IMG/VR virus record: IMGVR_UViG_3300046542_000259
DNA from: a virus
Taxonomy: Duplodnaviria > Heunggongvirae > Uroviricota > Caudoviricetes
Strand: one strand, 5' to 3'
DNA length: 64,000 bases
A program made the position numbers and the translations under genes. Below, in pieces: positions 46,890-55,781 of the stretch; positions within the stretch are counted from its first letter, which is position 1, and the number at the start of each line of letters is the position of its first letter. Under the pieces are notes generated by a model, which did no database searches, was not told the DNA's origin, and saw only the letters and a list, made by a program, of their open reading frames with translations.

Positions 46890-47420
46890 TTACCACCTCA
46901 ATACAGCGGCGGTCCCCGTTCCTGATGCTACGATACCATAAAGGGTCGAGGTGTATCCGGTTAGGATATTGGAAGGCAATTCTTCATCTGGTTTTAATCT
47001 ATATCCATTAGAAACAGTGACGCTGCTGGAACCACCTACATAAATATCGACAGAGCCAATGTTTTTTACCACGCCACCTAATCTAGCAGTATTGCTAGCC
47101 ACAATTACGGTAGCTGTAGTGGTAACAGTCACTTGTGAATGGTTCATTACCGATGTAGTTTTTTGACTATCGACTCTGAGTCGCCCCGTTAGAGTTAGTG
47201 ATGGCGGTCTTGCTTGACCTTCACCATAAACTGGTTCTGCTGCGGATGCAGAAGATAGTGTAAGATTCCCCTTTAAGCCGGTTAACGACGCGCCTTGATC
47301 AAGCTCTGAGGACACGTGAGTAATCGCTACCGGAATATCGATATCAATGGGAAGCCCGGTATCCGGGTCTATAATTTTTGCTTCTAAGACACCTAGTTTT
47401 GCGGTAGGGACTACTGCCAT
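46890..47420 (-). CDS. Putative head-spike base / jelly-roll virion protein
   Basis: C-terminal V.N.G...IYVG...GY.L.P...YGI beta-sandwich pattern; position among spike genes. Confidence 0.5.
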   Translation of the reverse strand: MAVVPTAKLGVLEAKIIDPDTGLPIDIDIPVAITHVSSELDQGASLTGLKGNLTLSSASAAEPVYGEGQARPPSLTLTGRLRVDSQKTTSVMNHSQVTVTTTATVIVASNTARLGGVVKNIGSVDIYVGGSSSVTVSNGYRLKPDEELPSNILTGYTSTLYGIVASGTGTAAVLRW

Positions 47421-47432
47421 TTTAATTTCCTT

Positions 47433-48878
47433 TTAAGATGAAACAACGTCATAAAGTCTATTGCCACCAATGGTTAGGTTCAAAATTTCAGCCGGTTTAA
47501 TTCCGTTTGCACCGTAGAACCAACAAGTTCCTCGCATTCTATTATGGCGCAACGCTCTTAAAAAGTTTTTCTGTAACGCTCTCCAATCAGCATCGCTGGA
47601 TGGGACACCAAATTCCCCGTAAAATCCTTTGACACCTACTTCGGTACACCAAGCGTTAAATTTATCAAAAGCTTCCACGCCGCTGTTGGGCGTGATGTTA
47701 TAGGATGCATAGCTGCCAGAATATGATCCACCGCCGCCGACACCTTGTGGACCATCAAAATATTGGTGAGCTTCAAAAATTATATTACCGCCTGTAACAA
47801 GGCACATTTCATAATTCTCTCTGTACCAACGATCCCCATTACCAAAGTCGAATCCAGCGACATAAATCGGCATGTCAGCATCAATGGCACGAATTGCTGT
47901 TACAGCGGCTTGGGCATGGCCTAGCCACGGATTAGGCTCATATGTCGTGGCTGAAGAACCTAATTCAAGCTGAGCATTGGCGACGATGATAGAATTACCC
48001 GCCGCCATGTTACATTGAACTCCAATATCCTGAGTACCAGCCGTTGGTGTGCCGGTAAGAGTGAAACGCTGCCATGTTGTTGTGACTGTGTGAGTGCTTG
48101 CCAGTGCGCCGATATGCAGGCGAAGATTCCCTGTCCCGCTGGCAACTTTGGCGTACACGGAATGAGCCATAGGAACCGCCGTAACGGCAATTTGCTGAAA
48201 TACTTTACCAAAGCCGCCAGACGAACCGCTGTTAAGTTGCCATGCCGGTCCATAACCAGCGCCAAGTGGATTTGAGCCTACGGCAAGCTGAACCGCGCTT
48301 CCGCCGTTAGCTGTGGACCAAGGAAAGCTTCCCGGTGGCATGAAATAATTTGGTATCTTGAGAAGGTTTTTAGCCGGAATACCTGACCCCGGTTCATTCA
48401 TGATGCCATAACCAACTACCCCAGCTACATCTTTAATAGCTGTGGTTAACTTTTGCCAAACATCAACTAGATGAGCCGTGGTTAGTGTGCCATCACCAAT
48501 GACGTTCACACCAGAAGCTAGGGTATGGCGATTACCGGCATAACCAACAGTCGTGGTCCAAACAGATTGATCCGCGTAATAACCAAAGTTGTGAAGATCA
48601 ACTATAACGCCCATGCCAAGAGTATGGGCAATATTAATAGTGTTTTTTAAATTATTCAAATAGGTAGTGTCGAGATTGCCACCGAGAGTAGGTTGCAAAC
48701 TTTCCCAAGCAATCGGCAATCGGACAAGGTTTACTCGCTGCGCCGCTAGAAATGTTAGATCAGCCGTGGTGGGCCAAGTTTGACCATTCCATGGAGAAAA
48801 TTCAGGCCCTGATAAATTTACGCCGAAGAAGCCTCTAACTCCTCTACGAGTTTTGCGGGAATCTTTTTGAATCGTCAT
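47433..48878 (-). CDS. Glycoside hydrolase family 5 with inserted carbohydrate-binding-like domain
   Basis: GVNLSG.EF, RLPIAWE, DLHN, IMNEP (acid/base), EAHQYFD, GEFG (nucleophile); insert ending AQLELGSSATTYEP. Confidence 0.88.
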   Translation of the reverse strand: MTIQKDSRKTRRGVRGFFGVNLSGPEFSPWNGQTWPTTADLTFLAAQRVNLVRLPIAWESLQPTLGGNLDTTYLNNLKNTINIAHTLGMGVIVDLHNFGYYADQSVWTTTVGYAGNRHTLASGVNVIGDGTLTTAHLVDVWQKLTTAIKDVAGVVGYGIMNEPGSGIPAKNLLKIPNYFMPPGSFPWSTANGGSAVQLAVGSNPLGAGYGPAWQLNSGSSGGFGKVFQQIAVTAVPMAHSVYAKVASGTGNLRLHIGALASTHTVTTTWQRFTLTGTPTAGTQDIGVQCNMAAGNSIIVANAQLELGSSATTYEPNPWLGHAQAAVTAIRAIDADMPIYVAGFDFGNGDRWYRENYEMCLVTGGNIIFEAHQYFDGPQGVGGGGSYSGSYASYNITPNSGVEAFDKFNAWCTEVGVKGFYGEFGVPSSDADWRALQKNFLRALRHNRMRGTCWFYGANGIKPAEILNLTIGGNRLYDVVSS

Positions 48879-48889
48879 TTTATTTTCCT

Positions 48890-50515
48890 TTAAGGTGCGA
48901 CGGCGTAGATAGTTTGTACTACTGGATGATTTAGTGAATCAACGGGTAGGGAATACGAACCACCGCTCAACGTGGCATTGAGTGTTTGTTTTCCAAGATT
49001 TAGAGCAAGAGGAGCGCCAACACGTGGGAATAGTGACACGGTATCTTCTTCCCAATTCTGGTACTCAACAATGGCTGTGCCACCATTTCCAGCGTTGCGG
49101 TAAATGCCCCACTTCCAATAACCACCATTGGTGTGATCCCAATAACCAAACGGAATTAAGCCAGTATCTACGACTTGGACGCCATTGATCCAAACCTTGG
49201 CATACCCAACTGTCGCATCAACCTTGTGAGTCATGACGATGTTATGATATACATCTCTGGGAAAATTGATCCAACGATAAAGCTCAACCACGGCGGATTG
49301 TCCCCCGCTACCATTATAAATTCTTTTATCAATCACGAGATCATTTCCAACCATCTTGATTGAGAAATATGGAGAGCGGTCGTCGGAGGCATCACCGTGC
49401 CATTGACCAATGATAAACCAAGCCTGTGGATTGGTAGAGGTTGTGAAATTACTGTCAACTTTAAATGCATGACTGTTCCAAACATCAACACTCTTAGCAA
49501 AGCGCGAACCAGTCATCATTTCAGAGCGCTCTTTTTCTGCGGTATCTTCGATACAAACGTCACCGTTTTTCACAGTAAAGCGCTGTACATCACTGTTCCA
49601 GTAAAGATGATTGATGGGCCACTCTGCGCCAGATTGAGCCACGAACGTTTGGCATACCTTGTCTCTATATTGCACCGTTCGTTGAAGAACTGCACGAGGA
49701 TTGTCAGCGAATTTAACTTCGACTTGAGCATTCTGTGGTAGCAGGAGTGGTAGTGCATCAGCGGCGCGAGTTACTTGCGCTGTGGTGGTTTGAATTGGGC
49801 TGGTTGGGGATTTCCCAACTTCTACCTGCATGTTTGAAACAAGAACAGATGTAAATAGATCGGTGTTTCCGACGTGTAGCACAGGCGAGATTGCAGTATT
49901 GCCAGTAATGGTCTGAAAGAAAACTGAAACCAGTTGTGGTTTATCAGTCAGTCTTACAGTAACGGTATTTCCCGCATAGCTACCGCCAGCATATCTTTTA
50001 ATTTCTAACGCAGCAAGTTTACCAATATTGGCTCCTTCGCCCATGACATAACACCAAGCACAATACCATTCACCAACGGTTACACCAGTAGTAATTTGTT
50101 GATCGCAAAGAAGGGCATTAGCGGTTTCACTGTTACGATAAAAGCGTGTGAAGTTACCATAAGCTGGGGCTGGGATTGCGGTGGCTTCGCTTGTGGCAGT
50201 ACCTAAGAGTCGCCAAGCTGCGTTCGTCAAATCACCAGAATATAGCGCCATGTTAGTCGCGGCCTTTTCTAGCCGAGCCCCTTGGCTTCCTTGACGAATC
50301 ACATTACTACTAACACTGGCCCAAACATTTGTGCCAGTGTTTTGGTACGCCGAGCTATTCCGAGTAAATGTTAGGGCTTGGGTTTGGGTGACTTTGGAGC
50401 CAAGCAGAGCGTACCGTGCGCCAACGGCGTCCCAAGCCCACATGCCGTTCCACCAAATATTTGCTTTTAAAAATTTAGCTGCTTTTTTCTTTTTATCGCG
50501 TTGGCTTAAGGCCAT
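48890..50515 (-). CDS. Head-spike fibre domain protein fused to a polysaccharide lyase-like domain
   Basis: TFTRNSSA...LEKAATN...Q.E.G..PTSPI.TT...VTRAAD; ERSE, IGQWH, YWKWGIYR. Confidence 0.72.
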   Translation of the reverse strand: MALSQRDKKKKAAKFLKANIWWNGMWAWDAVGARYALLGSKVTQTQALTFTRNSSAYQNTGTNVWASVSSNVIRQGSQGARLEKAATNMALYSGDLTNAAWRLLGTATSEATAIPAPAYGNFTRFYRNSETANALLCDQQITTGVTVGEWYCAWCYVMGEGANIGKLAALEIKRYAGGSYAGNTVTVRLTDKPQLVSVFFQTITGNTAISPVLHVGNTDLFTSVLVSNMQVEVGKSPTSPIQTTTAQVTRAADALPLLLPQNAQVEVKFADNPRAVLQRTVQYRDKVCQTFVAQSGAEWPINHLYWNSDVQRFTVKNGDVCIEDTAEKERSEMMTGSRFAKSVDVWNSHAFKVDSNFTTSTNPQAWFIIGQWHGDASDDRSPYFSIKMVGNDLVIDKRIYNGSGGQSAVVELYRWINFPRDVYHNIVMTHKVDATVGYAKVWINGVQVVDTGLIPFGYWDHTNGGYWKWGIYRNAGNGGTAIVEYQNWEEDTVSLFPRVGAPLALNLGKQTLNATLSGGSYSLPVDSLNHPVVQTIYAVAP

Positions 50516-50529
50516 TTTTAAAATCCTTA

Positions 50530-50901
50530 TTAAGCCTTACGGCATTGGAGTATCCAAACACTATCGCCGGGGACACCCTTAACTTGACGAACGGCCCATC
50601 GAAGATTATTCTCATCCAGAAAATAATCATTCTCTTTCGGGACGACGCCGTTCAAATCTTTATTTGCAATAATAAATTTGGCGTCTCTATCAACGATAAT
50701 GGACTCATTTATTTCTTCAGCTTTATAACGAGCCTTAACCACTTTAACAATTACCTGCACATCAACTGAAGTTTCGGTATCGGTGACAGGATCATAAACC
50801 GGATCGAGACCTTTGGAGACATAAGTGATCTGAATCGGAATGTCTCCAATAATCTTAATCGCGGTGGATACTAGATTATTAAGGGTTCCTTTGAGAGCCA
50901 T
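50530..50901 (-). CDS. Head closure / head-tail adaptor
   Basis: YDPVTD, D.KFII, P..ND, W.V..V, WILQCR; follows adaptor. Confidence 0.75.
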   Translation of the reverse strand: MALKGTLNNLVSTAIKIIGDIPIQITYVSKGLDPVYDPVTDTETSVDVQVIVKVVKARYKAEEINESIIVDRDAKFIIANKDLNGVVPKENDYFLDENNLRWAVRQVKGVPGDSVWILQCRKA

Positions 50902-50903
50902 GT

Positions 50904-51419
50904 TTAGCTCCTTCTAATCTTAGCGACTGTGGCACTGCCACCCTTAATTCTCCCGATACCGTAAATCAATTCATTGATGTAGCTTGGAACAGCAGCCAGT
51001 CTGTAGCTGGAATCAAATTTAAGTTCAATGACATCAACTACGATCTCGGTCAGACCGTCTGTTTCTTGTTCCGCCGTTCTATCGTTCTCGACAAGATATC
51101 TGGCGTATTGCGCCGTGGCTTGTTTTAATTGTTTTGGAATTGAATCACTTGGAATGGTGACACAATCCCGGTCAACCACGTATTTTCTAGGCCATCTAAG
51201 CGCTGAAGTGGGATAGGTCTTTTCCCCATCCCAATCAGCTTTTGTATCAAGTAGACTTGTGGCCCAAGATAACAAATACTCTTTTTGAGTATTTGTTAGT
51301 GCATCCCAAGCCGCGTTGTGGATGTTAGTAACAAGTATATCTTCAGCTTCTGCCAATGAGACATAAGAATTGGCGTTCGGTAATCCGGTGCCATCCTCGA
51401 CTACGAATGTGAACGCCAT
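50904..51419 (-). CDS. Head-tail adaptor (DnaT-like ssDNA-binding family)
   Basis: VEDGTGLPNANSYVS, QALRWPR-like ALRWPR, IP..LKQA. Confidence 0.85.
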   Translation of the reverse strand: MAFTFVVEDGTGLPNANSYVSLAEAEDILVTNIHNAAWDALTNTQKEYLLSWATSLLDTKADWDGEKTYPTSALRWPRKYVVDRDCVTIPSDSIPKQLKQATAQYARYLVENDRTAEQETDGLTEIVVDVIELKFDSSYRLAAVPSYINELIYGIGRIKGGSATVAKIRRS

Positions 51420-51424
51420 TTACA

Positions 51425-52150
51425 TTAATCCTTTTTAGTCTTATTAAATACCGTGACCCATTCTTTCGCTTCGGCGGAACGTACCACATCTTCTTCAGTG
51501 AATTCTACCACGGCGGGACTTAGATCGTGGTCATAGATTAAATCAATAATAGTCTCTAATCCGCTATCTGGAATATCGATTTGATCAATGTCGCCGTTCA
51601 CGATAGTTAGAGAATTTTCTCCTATACGAGTAAGGAACAGTTTAAGATCGCTATAGTCGCAGTTCTGAGCCTCATCCAAAATAATTACACTGTTATTAAA
51701 AGTTCTGCCCCTCATATGCTCAAAACTAAGGAACTCGATTTGGCCTAAATTTTTAAGTTTATCAACATCAGCGGGTGACACTTCATCCGCGAAAGAAGAA
51801 AGGATAGGCACGAGCCAAGGCTTTAGTTTAGCTTCTAGATTTCCGGGTAGGAAACCCAATTCGTGACGTTTCTTAGCCACAGTCGGTCTTGCAATAATTA
51901 ATTTTTCGTACCGTCCTTCAACAAGTTTTCTAATTGCAAAGCGAGACGCGATATATGTTTTACCTGTGCCTGCGCCACCAATGGCGAAAATCTGCGTTTC
52001 AGTATTAAGGCACTCTAAATAAAATTTCTGTGTTTCTGTCTTAGCTACTAGAGGTCTTTTAATTTTATGTTCTGTTCGAATTTCTTTGGCATTTTTCCTA
52101 ACATTACGTTTTTCAGATTTGGTTAGTTGAACAGAAGAGTTTTGTGTCAC
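51425..52150 (-). CDS. phoH: PhoH-like ATPase
   Basis: GGAGTGKT, LGFLPG, HMRGRTF, LDEAQN, LTRIGE, GD..QID. Confidence 0.93.
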   Translation of the reverse strand: MTQNSSVQLTKSEKRNVRKNAKEIRTEHKIKRPLVAKTETQKFYLECLNTETQIFAIGGAGTGKTYIASRFAIRKLVEGRYEKLIIARPTVAKKRHELGFLPGNLEAKLKPWLVPILSSFADEVSPADVDKLKNLGQIEFLSFEHMRGRTFNNSVIILDEAQNCDYSDLKLFLTRIGENSLTIVNGDIDQIDIPDSGLETIIDLIYDHDLSPAVVEFTEEDVVRSAEAKEWVTVFNKTKKD

Positions 52151-52223
52151 TATGTGTTTACCTTTAAGGAGGATTATTGGATTTATATCGTGCCGAGGGT
52201 AAAGCTAATTATGTATTCATTAA

Positions 52224-52442
52224 TTATTGTCCAGTTATTTTATCTGTTAAAAAATTCCATAGGAAGAGCCAAGCTGTTAATACAGCCGCTGCGCTTAATA
52301 GAATTGTTTTGACATAACGGCCAACAACCGTCATGCTTTCGTCGCGCTCAATCATAGTCATCATACGACGATAATCTTTGACACGCATTTTAACTGTAAT
52401 CAATTCTTCATCTTTGAAGATATCGTGATCGTCGTCGTTCAT
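52224..52442 (-). CDS. Small membrane protein, possible holin
   Basis: Charged N-terminus, single C-terminal TM helix; function inferred only. Confidence 0.5.
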   Translation of the reverse strand: MNDDDHDIFKDEELITVKMRVKDYRRMMTMIERDESMTVVGRYVKTILLSAAAVLTAWLFLWNFLTDKITGQ

Positions 52443-52461
52443 GGTAAACCATCCCCTTTAA

Positions 52462-52491
52462 TAAAAAGAGCCACATTTTGAGTGTGGCTCT
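52462..52491 (-). terminator. Terminator
   Basis: AGAGCCACATT-ttg-AGTGTGGCTCT with A-tract on + strand. Confidence 0.7.
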
Positions 52492-52540
52492 GAGTTGTTC
52501 ACCACATTTTAGTTGGTGGTAAAATATATTTTGTTTTTAA

Positions 52541-52837
52541 TTATTTCTTGGAAGGACGACCACGAGAAACAGAAGTTTTTACTTCTTCGACTTCTTCTTT
52601 AGCCACTTCTTCAACTTCGATGACTTCACTGACTTTTTCAACTTCGATTGCCTTTTCTTCTACAGGTTCAGGCTCGGGTTCAGAAACAGTCTCAGTGACT
52701 TTAACTTCAGGTACGATTACCGCTACTACAGCAACATCGTAACTCCATCCGGCATGAACTACGAGATCACGAGCATTAACAGGTGAGTTCTCAAATACTT
52801 CGCCAGTGGGGGAATATACTTTGACTAATTCAGACAT
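52541..52837 (-). CDS. Hypothetical virion-associated protein
   Basis: Glu/Val-rich low-complexity tail ending RGRPSKK, downstream of capsid genes. Confidence 0.65.
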   Translation of the reverse strand: MSELVKVYSPTGEVFENSPVNARDLVVHAGWSYDVAVVAVIVPEVKVTETVSEPEPEPVEEKAIEVEKVSEVIEVEEVAKEEVEEVKTSVSRGRPSKK

Positions 52838-52863
52838 TTAAATCTCTTTCATCGGGGGATGGC

Positions 52864-52908
52864 ATTCCTGTCCTCTTCCTGAATTATTCAGGAAGAGGAC
52901 GTAGGAAT
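52864..52908 (-). terminator. Hairpin/terminator
   Basis: GTCCTCTTCCTGAA-tta-TTCAGGAAGAGGAC. Confidence 0.7.
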
Positions 52909-52910
52909 TA

Positions 52911-53354
52911 TTAAGCGCCGACGACTGGAGCGAGATAAGCGTCGTAGTCGAGGATCGGGGTAGTACCGCCGAGTGTCGCTGTGATGCGGATGAATGCGGC
53001 AGAAGGAACCTGCTTGAGTACACGATCCATATCTAGAATAAGAGTGTAAACACCAGCTGTAGTAAGAGCAGCAAGCGTACCAACAACAGTATAAGAACCT
53101 CCAAGGGTTGTCGCCACTTCTACAGTTATGGTGTAGGTTTCGTCGCCCGTGGTGCGGTCAATCGTCTTAACTAAGACGTTAACAGCGAACGGCTGAAGTG
53201 GAATATTTCCAATGTTCCAATAAGCAGTACCCGGATTAAGGGAAATACCTGTTTCAGAAGCTGTTGCAGTGATTTGAGCCGCAGAAGAGGCACGAAGGGT
53301 TACAGAAGGGTCTTTATCAACTGTAAACTTAACTTTAGAATTCATATTAGCCAT
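52911..53354 (-). CDS. Putative capsid decoration protein
   Basis: All-beta 147-aa protein directly after MCP; D.TTGDETY.I.V, FIRI...LGGT.P. Confidence 0.65.
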   Translation of the reverse strand: MANMNSKVKFTVDKDPSVTLRASSAAQITATASETGISLNPGTAYWNIGNIPLQPFAVNVLVKTIDRTTGDETYTITVEVATTLGGSYTVVGTLAALTTAGVYTLILDMDRVLKQVPSAAFIRITATLGGTTPILDYDAYLAPVVGA

Positions 53355-53385
53355 TTTAATTCTCCTAAATGGTTTTCTTTTGTTA

Positions 53386-53417
53386 GTGTCAATAAGGACT
53401 TAAATCCTTATTGACAC
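53386..53417 (-). terminator. Terminator after major capsid gene
   Basis: GTGTCAATAAGGA-cttaaa-TCCTTATTGACAC. Confidence 0.75.
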
Positions 53418-53435
53418 CTTAGTCTCTAGTTGATA

Positions 53436-54368
53436 TTAGAGAGTTACGTTAGCGTTTGTGATACCCCAAACACGGGACGCGGCGCGACCATGTTCAACGA
53501 CCATACCGACATACCATTCAACGCGTGTGCGGAAGACTGGCTTCGTGTCAAGTTCGCCAATATCGCGAACGTCAATGAAGCCGTTCTGGATACCCTTGAT
53601 CTTACCGGGACCGATTGAAAGTACGTAGATTGAGCTAGCGGTTGAACCACCACCCGGACCAGCTTCGTTGAAGCCAATCATGCGTGTACCAGTTTCATCG
53701 TAATCAGCGATAAGGATTGGGAGGCCGTTGTAGTAAGCAACGCGCTGACCAAACTCATCGATGTCAAACACGATGTCACCACCGATACCAGCACGAACAG
53801 CTGTTGAAAGCTTGTTACGCATTGACTTGGACATTAGAAGGTGAGTAGGAGCGTCTACGCGGTCAATAGCTTCGTCAATAGCTTCAAGTGAAAGCGGTGA
53901 GTTAGCTGAAGGAGCGGTTAGGTTAGCGGCAACTAGCTGATCACCAGTGATACGCTTACGAAGGCCGTCGAACTCAAGCTCAGTGTTAAGTTCAGAGTCA
54001 CCGTTGATCATCTTGTTCATGATCGAAAGTGAAAGGGACTTAACTTTCATTGCTTCGTGCTCGGAACGAACTTCCTGACCACGAGTAGCGATAAGGAACT
54101 TATCGACATCAAGGTCGCCACCAGCGATACGGAGGGCTTCAGTGCGTGGGTTTAGAACGCCGACTGATTCTGAGTAGCCGTCGTTAACGCCACGGAAACC
54201 AATACCCGGAAGCTTGTGCTCTTCGGTGTAGGTATATGAACCACCCGGAATGTTCTCAAAAGGAAGAACACGTAGGAGGTCAGCATTCATTGCAAACATT
54301 TCTACGATAGCAGAACGCTTGATGTCGCCGTCATTGATTTTATTTGCTTCTAAAAGTGTCATTGCCAT
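53436..54368 (-). CDS. Major capsid protein (HK97 fold)
   Basis: LPF..I.G.SY.Y..E..LP...FR.VN, GGD.DVD, FDGL, YNG.PI, VEWY. Confidence 0.92.
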   Translation of the reverse strand: MAMTLLEANKINDGDIKRSAIVEMFAMNADLLRVLPFENIPGGSYTYTEEHKLPGIGFRGVNDGYSESVGVLNPRTEALRIAGGDLDVDKFLIATRGQEVRSEHEAMKVKSLSLSIMNKMINGDSELNTELEFDGLRKRITGDQLVAANLTAPSANSPLSLEAIDEAIDRVDAPTHLLMSKSMRNKLSTAVRAGIGGDIVFDIDEFGQRVAYYNGLPILIADYDETGTRMIGFNEAGPGGGSTASSIYVLSIGPGKIKGIQNGFIDVRDIGELDTKPVFRTRVEWYVGMVVEHGRAASRVWGITNANVTL

Positions 54369-54526
54369 TGGAAAATCTCCTTGCTAGGCATTTATTTTGT
54401 TATTAGTTTTGGGCCGTAGTTGTTAAACTTGGGGAACTTCCCTAAAGATTTTCCCCGACACAGCCATACCGAGGAGTTTTGTTTTTCAAATTACCTAGCT
54501 AAGAGGTTTTATGTTAAAGTAATTAC

Positions 54527-55306
54527 TTACTTTTTAAAGGCCGCTTTATTAGCAAGCTCAAGCCTCTGTTGAGGAGAAAGCTTCATCAAATCGTCCTTAG
54601 TCATATTTCCGTAGCCAGTAAGTTGACCGCCGTTAGCACCGCCACCGTTGGATTCTCTAAACAGGTAAGGCATCTGTTTCTGAAGCTGCTTCATCCACTC
54701 AATAGGAGACATTGGGCTTGCACCGTCTGCACCGTAAATCGTAGAATCACCATTCTTCGGGATGATCTTATCGCCGTCTATTTTAAAGACTTTCTTCGCT
54801 TCTAGAAGAATATGTGATTCAGCTTCGGGACGCGCTCCTGACTTAGGATCGTGAATTGCTGAACGGATGTAGTTATCGACTTGAACGCCCTTAAGCTGTT
54901 CCGTAACATCACCGAAATTCTTCTTCCACTCTGAGGCATCAGTCGCTAGGCGGCGAAGCTCTTCTTCGTGGTTTTCACGCATCTTCTTTGTACGTTCGGC
55001 TAGGATTTCTTCGATCTTGCCCGACTCAGAAAGCTTACCATCTTCAACTAGCTGCTTCGTCTTGCGAAGATCACTTAGTTCGTCAATAAACTTGTCTTCA
55101 TCTTCTCCAACAAACTTAGAGAATTTGGCGATGCGGGCGGTAAAGGTTTCATTGTCCTTAGAAAGTGCAATGTTCTTTTCTCTAAATTCATCTACACGAG
55201 CTTTAGGTACTAGGTTAATTACAATCTTACCGTCTGCGTTCTTCTTTGCTTCTGATTGAAGTTCCTCTGGAAGCTGTTCAATCGTATCGAAAAAAATTTC
55301 TGCCAT
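54527..55306 (-). CDS. Capsid scaffolding protein
   Basis: Coiled coil upstream of MCP; EW...L....PYLF..SNGGGA; C-terminal SP.QRL helix. Confidence 0.82.
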   Translation of the reverse strand: MAEIFFDTIEQLPEELQSEAKKNADGKIVINLVPKARVDEFREKNIALSKDNETFTARIAKFSKFVGEDEDKFIDELSDLRKTKQLVEDGKLSESGKIEEILAERTKKMRENHEEELRRLATDASEWKKNFGDVTEQLKGVQVDNYIRSAIHDPKSGARPEAESHILLEAKKVFKIDGDKIIPKNGDSTIYGADGASPMSPIEWMKQLQKQMPYLFRESNGGGANGGQLTGYGNMTKDDLMKLSPQQRLELANKAAFKK

Positions 55307-55560
55307 GCGTACATCTCCGATGTATTAAGTATTTAAAATAAAGGGCCTACTCTGTAGTTTCCCACCAGTTCCACCTAGGAACTGGATTTTTAGGCTTGAT
55401 CAGGAGTATTTACTAATTCAGTAAGTTTGCGTTGAGCCGCCCTGCGATCTTTAAATGGTCCTACTCGTACCACGATGTAGGATTCGTCAGTTTCAGGGTT
55501 AGTTTCAACAGCGGCTATACCAGACTGTTTCAAAGTTAATTTCCTATCATTATGTTTTGT

Positions 55561-55589
55561 ATTATACATTAAAAAATTAAAAAAGTCAA
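55561..55589 (-). promoter_or_regulatory. Strong sigma70-type promoter for head genes
   Basis: TTGACT-17 nt-TATAAT with TG. Confidence 0.8.
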
Positions 55590-55595
55590 GTTATT

Positions 55596-55781
55596 TTAAT
55601 TTGATCCATTTTTATTTGGCTTTTTCTTGACTTTACCTAAGTATTCTTCTAAAGATTCTAGCTCAATATCAAAGAAAGCATCATCTTCATCGGGTAAATC
55701 TAATTCGAATTCTTTGAGTAAGTCATTGACGTTTTCCACGTCTTCGAAGTCGTTATCAAAGTTGTTTTGTTTTCTTGACAT
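55596..55781 (-). CDS. Small acidic hypothetical protein
   Basis: 61-aa ORF overlapping portal stop. Confidence 0.5.
   Translation of the reverse strand: MSRKQNNFDNDFEDVENVNDLLKEFELDLPDEDDAFFDIELESLEEYLGKVKKKPNKNGSN

Noticed and set aside
48830-48878. Tat signal peptide (TRRGVRGFF) on the GH5
   Set aside because: No hydrophobic h-region or cleavage site follows the twin arginines.
38980-50580. Further 3'-end duplications flanking the other spike or lyase genes
   Set aside because: The 3' ends of the closure and terminator genes were checked by eye and no second copies were found; only the neck-gene repeat is supported.
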